NCBI GenBank assembly: GCA_028534125.1
Contig: CM052816.1
Span: 96,846,001 to 96,910,000, forward strand
Direction of reading: 5' to 3'
From: Lama glama
Lineage: Eukaryota
Length of the DNA: 64,000 nucleotides
The position numbers were made by a program, and so were the translations under genes. How positions within the stretch are numbered: the stretch's first letter is position 1; every line of letters starts with the position of its first letter. Positions 1-13,389 of this stretch are shown piece by piece. The notes under the pieces are model-generated. The model worked only from the letters and a program-made list of their open reading frames with translations, ran no database searches and was not told the DNA's origin.

Positions 1-899
1 CACACAGCCTGTCACGGCACCTCACAGGGACACCCCTTGACTCTGCCCCAATACTGCTCCACCTCTGTCTTCAAGCCACCCAGCCACTCTGCTCCCAGGC
101 CACACTGCTGCCACCCAAGACGCACACAGACAGTCTTGCTGCTTAGATTCATGAGAAGTTTTCCCTTAGAAGTGAATTCCCAGCAGCATCCCGGTAGCAA
201 ATAAAATTACGAGCCGCGCTGGGCTTTCCTTAGTGCAGGCTGCCGAAACTATCCAGCCTGTGAGTATACAAAGCCATCTCCTTCCTCTGCAGCTCCCAAG
301 TTGCAGAGAGCCCAGCAGAGGACCTGGAGGCCTTCAGGGAGGCGGAGGGCCTGGGACCTAAGTCTCCCTGACGAAGATCACCAACCCAGTAACCACACTG
401 GATTGTTTCGTGGTTGAGAAGTGAGTTCTGCTGGGTTGAATCCAAACGCTGGGAGCTGTCTATTGCAGCATGGAGCCTCTCCTGGTGACACTAACATGCT
501 GAGTTGCCACAATATCGTATTATGGAGGGTTTTGCATTTGTAATTTTTAATTGCTTCTTTCTGACTTTCTTATTAATGAACAAACATATTATACATTTTC
601 TGTATTCCTTGCCTAAGGTTCATCAATTTTTATTTTCAAATGAGGAGATTCTTAAAACTATAAATCAATCAAGGCCTGAAAATTTTTCTTAGAGACAATG
701 TGACTATTGCAGCATTATTTCAAGCCATAGGATCACCAAGAGTTCTCCAGCCCCTGGGCAGGTGATCTTTTCTGCCCCACCCTTTCCCTCTGGCCACTGC
801 TTCACCTGGTGGTCTGGCAGCATCGTGGCTCAGTTGTGCTGCATAGCCATTGTCTTCTGCCCTGAGGTCCCTTCCACAAGGTGAGCTTGCCTGTAATAG

Positions 900-1124
900 G
901 CTGAGACACAAGGTAAAGCAGTGATAAGCCATCAGCTAAAGCCAGTTTAGACCATCGGGTCCCCGCTGACCCAGCCGCTGACCCCAGATGCGTGAGTGCG
1001 CCCTGGATAGATTAAAGAACCTCAGCTAAATGGCTTACCCACAGAACAGTATGTTAAGTAAAGAGTTCTTTTAAGCCACTACGTTTTCGGTCGGCTTGTT
1101 ATGCAGAAAAAAATATCTGATGCA
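900..1124 (+). mobile_element. MaLR LTR fragment (MLT1-like), 3' part
   Basis: Ends in ttttaagccactacgttttcggtcggcttgttatgcag...ctgatgca, matching the recalled MLT1 3' terminus. The 5' boundary is approximate. Confidence 0.6.
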
Positions 1125-2789
1125 AATATACCGTTTTCAATTGCCGTCAATAAAAGGGTTCAAAATTCATTCTCATTTAATATGGACAGCTCCAGCCAAG
1201 CACAATCACTGACTCACCTCAGGTGAGGTTAATGCTACCATTTTTCAACCACCTTCTCTGTAAAATACAGACTGTGACCTTCATTGCTCTGACCTTGTAT
1301 GGAAAGCCATCCTGAGCCACCAGATTAATCACATCATGTTGGCCAGACCTGGAACAGGATGCCCCGTGTGCCCTACGGAGTCTCATGCCAAGTAGCAGGA
1401 GATAAACACCAGATGATACCGAGGCCAGCCACATGGTGATGCATTTAGAGGCCGACTGTGGCTGACAGCTTAGGAAAACTGTTCTAATTGAAAGTGCTGG
1501 TTATCCCGACTCACATCCGCTCACACTGAGATTTGACCCTGCAACTTCAGAGAGTCTTTCAGGGGCAGTAGATACCACATATTCATAAACTCTCTTTTCC
1601 CAGACATTAGAGCCAGTTATGGCTTTAAAGACTCGGTGACAGTGTAACTTAATGTTGGGGTAAACAGATCCAAATGGTGTAAGTGGTGACCTGTAGCAGG
1701 CCCCCTTGGTTCCGAGCATCACGGTCCCTTAGCCCACCTTTGATTTAGACCAAAGCCTGAGTAGGCAGTGAGATGTGAGTTCACACTCAGCTTGTGATTA
1801 CAGCCCCAAGCCTCAAAAGTGCACACGCCTTTCCACCTCCACTCCACGTCCTTCTCTGATGGCACGTGGTCTGGTTGGCTCACAGGCAAATGCAGTTCAG
1901 ACATTCAGGGATTCAAAACTCCTGGGGGCAAACTTCAACCAATGATCCGTGGAGCTAGAAGAAAGTCACTCAGCCGGCCATCCTTCAGACAGGCAATTGT
2001 GGGGGCATCTCCGCTTCTCGGGAGTTTCCAGTGGAAGTGAATTCCCACGGGAAGCAACTGGGAAAAAAGATCACCCTGTTCTCAGAAGATCCCTCTTTCC
2101 TGCATTTGCAAGGCAGGTTCTTTACAGAAGAAACGTGACACACAGGGAGGTGGATCACTCATGATGCTGGAGATCTCATGCATTTTGTGATCTTTCTCAT
2201 GTAGCAAGTCTTTGTTGAGAACCTACTGTGCTCACGGTGCTCATCTTCGCACAGGAGCTGCAATAAACAAAACACAAAATCCCTGCTTTCACTTAACAAA
2301 GTACCATACTCGATGTTTTAGAAATTGAGTTTTTAGCTCAAAATCTTTCACTCAGAAAATGTGTTTTCATTGATGGCAGTTACGTCAGTTACGTTAATTA
2401 GGGAAAGCAGTGGCCCATCTCACAATTTGCAGATTTCAAATTCCAACGCAAAATGAAAAGTCGGTTCCAAAGAAATGCATGTCTACGTTTCTAGCACCCA
2501 ACTTTCAACAGCTTGAAACACTGAAAGGATGAGTAAGGGGAAAAACTAACAAACTAACTCATTGTTACCATTTTGTATTTTATGTAACTGGTTTTCATTT
2601 GGATTTACCAAAAGGAGGGGAAATTTTTCCTGAACACTGTGCAATGTAATGGCTTTCACTTTTAAAATGAAAATATAACAACACTCAGTAGCAGAGATAA
2701 TGTATCACTAACCCCCATGCATTTAACAACCTGCCCAACAATCGTCATGTTTGCGTCATCTAAACCCACCTCCCTTCCCTTCAAGGATG

Positions 2790-3439
2790 AAGTTCCAGAA
2801 ATGGAATTTGGGAATACTTAATATGGCATCGTTTCTAGGGATAGATTGCCAAATTGCTCCCAAATTTGTTTTTAGCTACTGATGCTTTCACAAATAATAT
2901 GTAAGGTTTATTTTTTCTGTGTCTTTGCCTAGTGTGTATTAGATTTTTTAACTTTGCTAATATGATCAATCTGAGATAGCTCATTGATGTGTCGCTTTCT
3001 TAATTTTATTTCTGTGAGGATGGGCATTTGTTCCTGTTAGTGGAAATTAATGACTGCCTCTGGCAAATCAATTGCTTGTACGGGGCCTACTTTTTTCATT
3101 GTTGAAGTCTTTGTATGTACTTTGTACTGACCCTACACACTAGTATTCATGTTGTAAGTATCTTCTCCCAGGCAGTGATTTTCTCTCTAATGCCATCATT
3201 TTTTTTTCATAGTTACTGGATTTAACTTTAGAAGTCTCGTTATCAAAATTTACCTTTAGGATGGTACATTTTGTGTCATGATTTAAGATAGACTTCTCTT
3301 GTGACTATAAAGGTAATCTTCTTAGTTTTCTAGTAAAAGTTACACTTATTTCCACATGCAGGTCTTTAATATAGCTGAAGTTAATTTTGAAAATAATATG
3401 CAGTATCTAGACCTGGTTTAATTTTTCCTGTGTTTGTCC
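2790..3439 (-). mobile_element. Old L1 (L1M-type) fragment, interrupted by the LTR at 3440
   Basis: T-rich antisense L1-like phrases (gatagattgccaaattgctccc, tatcttctcccag, atagctgaagttaatttttg). L1-like sequence resumes after 3903. Boundaries approximate. Confidence 0.6.
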
Positions 3440-3903
3440 TGTCGACTGAGATAAATGCACAGCCTGAAAGTTAAGAGTTATGCTTTATTCGGCAGGAGGA
3501 CTCGAGCTGGGATGACAGCCTCTCAGATGGCTCTGAGGGACTGCTCCAAAGAGGTAGGGGAGGAGCTAGGATATACAGGAGTTTTACAACAAAGACCGGG
3601 TAGTTAGAACATTAAAAGATTACTTGTTAACTAAAGAAAACCAGGCATCTTAAGTTGAAGAATTTAGTGCTTTTCTGTGCGTGGGAGGAAGCAAACATTT
3701 GGGCTCATTGAAATCATTCCTTTGACAAGCACCTCGCTATCCAGGACCAGTATCCTGTCCTTTCTTATTCTGGGTCCCCTCAGAGGGCACCACTGTTAGT
3801 GGCCGCAGGCTTGTCTGCACTGGGGGTGGTGGCAGCAGCTGATGACTTGATGGCTTCAGCATTCTTTGTTTACTGATATACTTTGCCGTATTTTGCATTC
3901 ACA
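3440..3903 (-). mobile_element. ERV1-class solo LTR, family A copy 1 (lineage-specific)
   Basis: TG...CA termini (tgtcgactg...cattcaca). Minus-strand AATAAA at 3484-3489. Flanks gtcc/gtac form a 4-bp TSD with one mismatch. End-to-end similar to 21311-21783. Confidence 0.9.
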
Positions 3904-5400
3904 GTACCATGTCCTGTGTACATAGTAGGTTCACCTAATACCATCAATGAAGTATTTCTTCATTTATCCACAGATTCAAGATGCAATTTCTCTCATATAT
4001 CAACTTTCCATCACAGAGAATATTTCTAAACTCTTTTTTCTCTAATAATAAAGCTTTATAATGTTATTTGATAACTAGAAGCTTTCCTTATTATTTTATA
4101 AAATTATATTGAATATAGTTTCCCATTTCATGAATCTTAGAAAGAGTATGTTATGTTCCTGTGGAGAATTCTTTTAAGATTTAATTGGCTTTTCATTCAA
4201 TTTGCATATTCATTATATCTCATAGAATGAATTTTATATAAATTTTATACATAATTTTGTATATTCAATGTTTCATTCAATTTTATATGGAGACAATTAA
4301 CTCCATATAAATTATTAAAATACTGAATCATTCATCCATAGAAATGGTCTGTGTCTCCCTAGATTTTTTTCAAGTCTTCAAATACTTTATAAAACTTTAT
4401 AATTTTTACCCATAAAGATCCTATACAACTTGGTATCCCCCTTCTTACTAAAGAGTTCGTTAACTATTTTAAATGAGTTTAGTTTTAAAATTATTTTCAG
4501 TTTGGCTTTCTGATGATTAGGACTGCTATTTATTTTTTTATATTAATCATGCAACCAGAATTCACCACGTAAATCTATTTATCTTAATATTCCATGCATC
4601 ATTTTCAAATTTTCTGTGCAGCCAATTATGTTTTCTATAGTTAACCAATATATTTATACCTATATTTTTTTCTAACCTTCGAACAGCTAAGAATTTCAGC
4701 TACATCATGGAATAATGGGGATGGCGCTAACTTTAATGAGAATGATTTTAATGCTTTAATGCTATGAATATTGTTCATGTCACATTCTGGTAGTCAAAGT
4801 GTTGCAATTTAAGAAGTTCTGTACTGGTCTTAGTTTGTTAAGAAATGTATCAATCTTGAATGTCTGCTGGACCTTATTCTTTTATATATTTTCAAATAAT
4901 CATGTATGTTTTCTCATTTAATTAGTTAATGTGAAAAATAACCGTAAACATTGAAATGTTAAAATATTTCATAGTTTCTAGAGAAAACCCTCACTAATCG
5001 TAATGTTTTATTTTACATGAATTTCTAGATTTGTTTTTCTAATATTTTATTTACGATTTTTGCTTGTTTTTACATAAAAGTGGCCTGTTGATTTATTTTA
5101 TTCTTACTATCAAGATTATAGCAATATCGCATAAAATGATTTTGGTAACTTCCCCTTTTTACATTGTTTATATAGTATAAGGACTATATGTTCCTTTGTA
5201 CTCCAGGGTGCAAAGATTTTTATCAAGATGGGTGTGTCATTTTACAAGATGCTAATTCTTTATCTAGTGAGATACTCATATTTCTCCTTTAATCTATTAT
5301 TTACTAATTATATTCTTTTGATTTTTGATTGTTAAACCAAACTTGAATTCCTGCCATAAACTTGATTCGGTCATGAGGCTTTTTACTGTTCTCTTTTAAC
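3904..5400 (-). mobile_element. Old L1 ORF2-derived fragments (continuation)
   Basis: Long AT/T-rich stretch with antisense L1 ORF2 phrases (aagaagttctgtactggtcttagtttgttaagaaatg, gttaaaccaaacttgaattcctg, ctaatattttatttacgatttttgc). Confidence 0.6.
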
Positions 5401-6042
5401 TTTTGTTGTTGACATGCATCGCAGAGGTTGACCTGTGGTTTTATTCCCAGCACTGTTTTTTTTTTGGTTTTTGGTTAGCATCAGTATCTTAAAAACCTTT
5501 ATTTGGTATGTTCTCCATGATATAACAAAAATTTTCCATTGCTTATTTGCAACATACTACCGCTACTGGGCCTGGTACCCTTATTTTGTGGAACACCACT
5601 CAGATTTGGGGAGCACACACTTTGCTGACAGTGCTCCGGAAGAGCTGCTGTCCCAGGGGGTTAGCCAAACCCCTGCAGGGGGTGCAGGCTCTTGGAAGGC
5701 AGATGCATGACTGAGCTTTAAAGGAGTTAGTTTCCAGACCCTCCCCCACGAGCTCCTCCCTGAGCTTCATGTGCCTGGATACCCACCCTGTGGGGGCCAT
5801 TTCTTTTTCTCTCCTCTGCTTTCACAGCAGTGCTTCCCTCACGCTACAGACGGAAGACAGACTTCCCTCTCATCCCACCTGCCTCTGGTGCCTGGCTTTG
5901 AGTGCTCAGATCTCCAGCACCAACCCAGGTGTGATCTGTAATTTCCCCTTCTGAGAAAGAGTCTCAAGAAAGCAAAGAAGAGAAACTTCAGTAAGAAAGA
6001 TGGAAGGGTCAAGCCTTCCTGGGCCGGGCACGCTAAGACCCA

Positions 6043-6080
<38 letters not shown>
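6043..6080. repeat. (TCTG)n(TCTA)n compound tetranucleotide microsatellite
   Basis: Read directly from the sequence. Confidence 0.95.
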
Positions 6081-6650
6081 TCTGAAAATAAAGCTCAGAA
6101 GTGATAAAGCTGCAGCTTAGATATCTATTATCATGTTTATTTGAAATAAAACCTGGGTTCAGACTGCTTTCTGGAAAGATGTACGTCTGGTTCGGTAAAC
6201 GTGAGAAGCGGGGCTTCGTGTCAATCTGTCTGAACAGTGGACACTTTCCTCTAAGGAATGAGGTCAACTTGCAGGTCCAGCAGTTTGGTGAAAATAAATT
6301 TAACCCTCATATACAGTACATAACACAATAAAAATATTCTTTGCAGATACTTGAAAGTATATTAACAAATTTTAGATGTTAATATAAAAATGTTCAAGTG
6401 GTCAATAGTTTTTCAAAATTAGTGTAGAGGTTGTACATGCTAAAATGTTGAAGGATCTGGACTAGAAGGTAATACAGTTTCTTTGCAAATAACAGAGGCC
6501 TACAAAAAGCATGCATGGTCCTTCTGTGTGCATTCAAGCCAGACATTTGCACAGTTAATTCTGTACACCTAGTCTGGGGCTTTGTAGAACTCCAAAAGAA
6601 CCTTTCATGCTACCTATGAATTAGAATTTTGCTCACTCAGAGAGGCTGCC

Positions 6651-6929
6651 TGTATTAGTCAGAGCTCTCCAGAGAAGGAATAGAACCAGCAGGGTGTGTG
6701 TGGAGGGGGGGGGGGTCTGTCTGTGTAGGTAGGGAGAGACAGTAAGACAGAGCAACATAGAGGACTGGGGAGAAACAGAGACAGAAAGAGACTTATTTAC
6801 ACAATCTACCAATTTAAATGTTTATCTCAAGCAAAAAACACCCTCGCAGAAATACCTGCAATAACGTTTGACCAAATATCTGGGCCTCCATGGCCCCCAT
6901 CAAGTGAACACACACAATTAACCATCGTA
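6651..6929 (-). mobile_element. MLT2 (ERVL) LTR with a large internal deletion
   Basis: Begins tgtattagtcagagctctccagagaa and ends aaacaccctcgcagaaatacc...tttgaccaaatatctggg...aattaaccatc. Both termini match the recalled MLT2 reverse complement; the middle is missing. Confidence 0.8.
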
Positions 6930-6984
6930 CTAACTGTATTGTATATCGAAGCATTTGTATCACTGAACATCAGAAAAAGCACGG

Positions 6985-7180
6985 GGTGGACATCAGGAGA
7001 CCAAAGGTCTGGTTCCAGTTCTGTCCTTCATGAACTGTGACCTTGTACAATCACTGAAGGGTTCTGAGCCTAGGCTTCCTCATCTATAAAAGGAATAAAA
7101 TACTTGAGTTTTCTACTGGATGGGGGGCTGTAGAGAGGTTGGGAGTAAATCCAAAATTGCTTTGTAAGTTCCCTTGTAGA
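6985..7180 (+). mobile_element. MIR SINE
   Basis: Core-like ctgtgaccttgtacaatcact...tctgagcctaggcttcctcatctataaaagg. Confidence 0.75.
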
Positions 7181-9394
7181 AATAGCGGTAGGTTGACCGT
7201 GCAGGACATTCACTAAAGAATTTGCAGCCTGCATGTTAATACCATGTAGACAAGATGGTTTTGTTGTAGTTTCAGACCACAAAACATTTCTGCGAGTCAA
7301 ATGATTGCCATTTTTACTTATTGCTGGTAATTAGTTGGCTTTGATTTTTGTATATTTTCTCTCTTTTCAAGATGAGGAGGATTTGTTTCCTTGGGAACTG
7401 ATTTTTCATTCAGTGATTACAGGATGACACTCCCAAACTTCTCAGCGTGGACGCAGAAGGCTGTTCTTGGGTACCATCCAGGTAACAGATGATCCAAAAG
7501 TCCCAGATCTTCACAGTCCCATCAACACAGGTGCCCCCTGAATCCAGAACCTACTTTTCACATAATTTCTCCGATAAGTTAGTTTCCTTGAAAGTAGGAC
7601 AGTAAACATGAGGCCAAGATTTGGACGATGACTAGCGGTGCTGATTTGTGAAAAGGCGGCAGAGGAGAGATGCCCCTGTAACCGTCGGGACAAGTACAAC
7701 CCTCTGTGTCATACAGGTCAGCGTTAATGAAAAATAAAACGGTAACATTTTCTATGTAATATTTGTTTTCCTGTTTGTGCCTTGTGCTGTCTGTGCCTTT
7801 AATTCAACGAAATCTTTCTTCTCGTGAGTTCTTTCATTCTGTGTGGCTATAACGAGCTCTGTGTTAATGTCACAGTCAAAACATCACTCACTGCTCTGAA
7901 CAGTGAGGGGTCAAGGTGGAAAATAATTAGCATCCATTTTCGGTCTCGAGGTCTATCAGTGTCAATAGGAAGGAGAGGGAGCAGAAAGAGAGCAATGAGG
8001 GAAGGACTTTGCCCAGCAGGATGCAGGCTTAATTAATTTACCCCCAGCTAATCTGAAAAGAGTGGAAAAAATGGACTCGGAAATAAAAGAACATGTTCAC
8101 ATTCATGTGTGTATATTTTAATCAGCTTATTTTTTCAGAAGTTTGGTCTTAACCCTTTAGAAAACCAACCTAGTTTATTTTAATGGCAATAGCAGTATAA
8201 GCAAAGCCCCAGAAAAGTGCATGCCATCATTTACTCATATTTAATGAATGTGTTCATTCATTAATACTAAATGTTGACATTGAAAGTTGAAGATACAATT
8301 AAATGGAGGAGAATAACTTGTGAATAAACATTCTTGTAGCAATAACATCAGCTTCCTCCCTCTTGCTTTGTCAAGAAGTCCCAGATGTGTCCTTCAGACA
8401 AGTATATTTTTTAAGTAGCCACTTCTGTGGCTCCTGAAAGTAATAAAACTAAATTAGGACCATAGACTAGAAGTCATTCAAAGCCCTGAGTATGTTTCAA
8501 GTATCCCTGAGCCATCAGAAGTATAATGGTCCTCTATAGATTCCAAAGAGAAGAAACAGTAATTTAAACAGTACATGAGCATTACATAGAGATTTACAGT
8601 CACACTTGTAGATTTTTCTGGGCAACAACCCTGCGAAAAGGTCATAACTCAAGTCACTACCAAAATGAAGAGGTAAAGCAATTTATCATGATATCTTAGT
8701 GTCACAGTTCCTGTGAAATCAAAAAACTCCTCAAGGTTTCTTTTCATCTCAATTCCTAGCCCTGAAAACTTCCTCACAGCCCCTCCTTGTGTGTGGACCG
8801 CGTCACACGGCACAGAAACGTGCAGCAGGAGCACACGTGATGCTCTGGGCAGCGGCGACGGCTAAGTGCAGCCAAGCCACGCGGCGGGAGACTCAAGTAC
8901 CACGCTGACTCCTCTTTCAGCTGCTCTGGGCCGTGCACTCCCGGGCCACTTTGCACGCATTTGTGTACGGGACTAGCACAGAAGTGGGGTGATGGCCTTC
9001 CAGTGTCCGCTGAGCTAACGGGAGCTAACAAAGAGCGTTTGCTTGGTGAATCCTTACCTGTTAAACTAAGCATCATTAATTCACACATAAATATTTGGCA
9101 CTCTGGATGTGCATGGCTGAGTAGTTTATATACATTTTAGCCCCTGAAAACAAATCTCTGCTTGTTCATAGAACTTGCCTTCAGCTGCAGACCGTGCAGA
9201 AGCGCTGTCCTGCCCAGGGATCCCGACTTTCGTCATTGACCTCCTGTCCTTATGGGGAGTACCTCCTCTTGGAAGTTCTTCTCCCTGCCCCGTACTTCTT
9301 GGTCCCAAGTCCAGTTCCTCAGGGATGCACTTATCTTAACATAGAGTATCACTTGCCAGACCTTGTTTAAAGTGGATTTTAATGGGTTATCTTT

Positions 9395-9620
9395 CTGGCA
9401 CAGTAGTGGACAAGATTATAGGATTTCGAATCAAAGAGACCAAACACAGTGTGAATCTTAACTTTCACACCCTAACTCTTTGACCCTTGATAAATCACTT
9501 GGCTTTTCCAAGGTTTAGTTCCTTCAACTGCAAAACGTTGACAATACTACACACCTATTTTTTTGTAGGTCAGAAGGAAAAAAAACGGAATTAAGAATGT
9601 CAGCCTGATGACAGAGCCAT
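9395..9620 (+). mobile_element. MIR SINE
   Basis: tgacccttgataaatcacttggcttttccaaggtttagttccttcaactgcaaaacg resembles the MIR core. Confidence 0.6.
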
Positions 9621-12600
9621 AACTGATTTTTAAACAGTAGCTACGATTACTACTAGATAATTATTCCTTTATTTATGAGTTACCCCATGAATTATTCATT
9701 AATTGATATTTCTTCCTATTATGAAGGATAGAGGGAAGGAAGAACTTAGGACACTTGGAAATTATCAGTCATTTTTGATGAGAGCATTTCATTTCAATCT
9801 TTCTAGCCAATACCAACAGAAATTTTAAAAGAAACTGTTGGCCATTCTCATGTAAAATGTAATCATACCAAAGGATCATTTTTCCCTGTCAGCGGCAGGC
9901 ACACAGCAGCTGGGAACGATTTGACTGTCTCCGTTCTGAGTGGGCCTTGCTGGCCACGATGCCGCGGTGCTCAGAGAGCAACCGGTTATGGAAGCCCAGA
10001 CTCGTTAGCCTCATCGGAACCAGAAAACACTGGTCTTGTTTTGCTATAATCCGCCTAAAAAGATATTTCAGGCACTGCTTTCCTCTAATCATCCTCCTTC
10101 CCCATACACATGCAGATACGTTCTCTGCGCTGTCTCTATACCAGCGCTATGCACATACAAAGAATGGGTCTGGTTCCCCACCCTGGTTGGCATGGTCAGC
10201 CTCTCTCCAAGGCAGAGCATCTTTGTTTGATGGACCCGTGGCGGGAGGGAGGACTGGACCACAGTAAGTGCACAGATCTCTGTGTAAGGAGAACCTTAAG
10301 AGTGTGGGGACAAGTTAGGGACTCCCAGGCTTGGCAGGAGAGGGGAGACATAAACAGCAAGCACCTTGTGTGGCCCGTCTATTGTGCCTGAGAAGGATGG
10401 TGTTTGCAATTAGGCAACTTTCCGAAGATGTTTGTGGACACACGTTAAGGTGTGGGATTAGGAGACTGACATTGTCCACGTGGAGGGAGTACGTCTGTGG
10501 CACATGTCGTGTTCATTTCGGCTGCGTAGACCTGGAGGGTGAACGCTGCTGAAGGGGCTCCAGTGATAATGTGTGTGTGAATGAGTGTGATAACAACAGT
10601 TGTGGCTATGAAACGGAGGGAAAAAAGAGAATTATCAAAATTGCATAAAATAGGCTGGAGATGGCCCAAAAGACGGCTCAGGTTGGAACCTGGATCTGGA
10701 TACCTCAGAACACTGTGTGTCATCTACATGCTAAGGAAAATCAGAAAGAATATCTGGCTGAAGACAAAAAGTGATACATTTTAGCTGCTGTCTCTTTATA
10801 GATTTATTTATTTGAACTTAGCCACTCGATATATTTGAATGTATTTGTCTATACTTATCTGGTATGTAGGCCATATTTTTCACTCAAAATAAATACATTT
10901 ACATTATGTTTCAACTGATGAGGCTTAAAACATTGCATTAGCTATTTGTCTAAAATAATTTATCTTCTAAAAATGGGTATTCAATTGTCATTTGAAATGT
11001 GGTATTTTAGCGTGCATTTCCGTAACAGCAGCATCTTTAAGTGTTGGTGGAGTTGTATGCGTAGAATCCTCCTAATGACTACCGCTAATTAGACTTGTGA
11101 TTATTGCTGTGATATTGGAGCCCTTCATGAGCGAGATGTCCCTCTAAAAAATATTCCCTTGCCTGTAGTAAGCGGGTCTCTGGGTGGAAGCTGTCAGGTT
11201 TGTTAAGAGTCTGTTTCCGAACACAGGACATTTTCTTCCACATGCTGATAATAACCTCAGGTACCCCAGCAGGGTGAAGAGAACCCGACCCCACCGCTGT
11301 GCAGTCGATGAGAAATCAGTCCTCCGAGAACCAGCTACAGAAGTTAGAAAGGAAAATTCCATATCAAAAGATGAGCATCACGGACACAGCAGACACATAA
11401 AAGTCCAATTCCAGAGACAGGTCTTCATTCTCACAGGGCTCGGCGGTGTGCGCTCTGGACCTATTCTGTTATCATTTAGAGTCCTGGACGACAGATAGGT
11501 TACGATGCTGCTGCTGATTTCATTACGCTGGGTTTCTCTGCTATGATCATTTTGTTTCCACGTGGATCTATCCAATTGTATTTATTCAAGCTAAAATTTG
11601 GTTTCAATTTAGTGGAGGTACTTCTACAGGGGGAGTAAGTGCCTTAGGGGAAGATGTAGCAATTCAAAGGCAACTGCTACCAGAGCCAGAGCTGAAAAAC
11701 CTGACACAGAGATTAAAATAGAAAAAGAACATACACATTTTAGTGCAGCAAACACATCTGCTAGGGATTCATTCATTCATTCATCATACAGACTCAGAAT
11801 CCACTATGGTATCACAACTCCACATGAGTTCTTTGGGTTCCCAATTGTTAAACCAACTGAAGGATGTTGGCCTGCGTACTGATTGCATTTTCAAGACGGC
11901 TTTTTGTGTTATACATTTCAGCAAGGCACACACCAGATGTCTATGGTTTGGCTCATAGGATGGAATTCCAACACGTTCATCCTGGCAGGGATATTCACAC
12001 ATCAGGTGCAAAGAACTTAATCAACTCCAGAGGACAAGGAAGCCATGGTTCTTCCTGCTACTTTCCCCTCAACTTTCTCTGGAAGCCCAGACTTGCCCAA
12101 CCTCTGACCTTTGTGAAGGGATTTTTTTGTGCAGAATAATTACAAATATGTCTTAGGATGAGTTGGGGGAAATAAAAATGTCCTATGATAGCAAATCCCT
12201 AGGTAAGATCGCCATTATCTCATCAGACAGAACTGACATTGCTTTTTATTTCTATTGAGATAGAGGCATCACATACAATTTACCAGTATTTTTACTCGGT
12301 TTCCATCAGCATCAAGTCAAAGTAAAAAGCACTACTTTTTCTCATTGACATTTAAACATTGACAGTTGAGAGTGACACAGACATTCAGTGATAGCAAAGG
12401 CTATTGCTACTAGAAAGAGTCCCCTGACAGAGCTGTGTGTTATGAAATGATTAGTACTCTGTCCTGGAGTTGTGATTGCAATTTTGCCAGTATAATTCAA
12501 GCTAAATTTTATTTCAATTCAACCCAATTTTATTTTGGAGAAAGGCATCTATTTTATACTCAAGTCTAGAGTGCCTAACACAGAGCTTTGCACACAGCAA

Positions 12601-12687
12601 GAGAAAGGTCAAAACTGAATGAAGTTAAAGTCCTACCTTAGGTGAAACAGTAGTTAAGATTAAGGCATAAAGCATGATTCTTGCCTT

Positions 12688-13150
12688 TGTTGGTTTGCAA
12701 ACTCAGGAGTTTTCCCGGGTGAAATCTGAAACTGGCCCCCGTACACGCAGGGCAAAGAGAGATGGAAGCAAAAGGCATATTTAATAAGCAAGGGACTTAT
12801 GAAGGAGGCTTGTCTTTAGCAGCCACAGGATGAGTAGATCTCTGCCCCTGCCCATGAGAATCTTAAGAGCTTAGATAGAGGACTTAACCGGGTTCAGTCA
12901 AGCATGTCATCCATGTGGTCTCACCAACACACAGCTCTCACAATGTTGCATCCTTGAAAATGGCTCCCACTCTAGGAACAGTGGGAAGAATGCACATTCC
13001 AAGGATGGGGAGAGAGGGAGGAGCCTCTAACTGCCAAGGTCCAGCTTGTGTGTCAACCAGTGGTTGTGTCTTTTCCAACTGTCTTAAAGGATTTCATAGT
13101 CTTACAGTGGTTGCGTCCATTCATGGTCCCTCGAGGGGTCTTACTGATCA
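12688..13150 (-). mobile_element. Probable old LTR (ERVL-type; family uncertain)
   Basis: Starts tgttggtttgcaaactcagg and has LTR-like composition and length. Family and right boundary are not certain. Confidence 0.45.
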
Positions 13151-13190
13151 GTAAATCCTCCTTCAAGCCTATATCCTCCAGCCACTTGGA

Positions 13191-13389
13191 GCAGACATTG
13201 GTTAACCTGGGCCCATGGGCCAGACCCTGTCCAAGGTCTGTTATTATTCAGCTTATGAGCTAAGAATAGTTTTTACATTTTTAAAGCATTGTTGAAAAAA
13301 CAAAAGAATATGCAACAGAGATCTATGTGGGCCACAAAGCTGAAAGTATTTACTCTCTTCTCTTTTACAGAAAAGTTTCCTTACTCCTG
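13191..13389 (+). mobile_element. MER58A-like hAT-Charlie DNA transposon relic
   Basis: ggcccatgggccaga...gagctaagaatagtttttacattttt...tatgtgggccacaaagctgaaagtatttactctc...tttacagaaaagttt matches the recalled MER58 consensus. Confidence 0.85.

Noticed and set aside
7371..7481. Plus-strand exon-like segment (ttttctctcttttcaag...CCAG|gtaaca)
   Set aside because: The full segment has stops and no recognisable peptide or partner exons. Not supportable as coding.
11085..11498. Overlapping 65-104 aa ORFs with a minus-strand acceptor near 11336
   Set aside because: No recognisable domain and no convincing donor. Consistent with chance ORFs.
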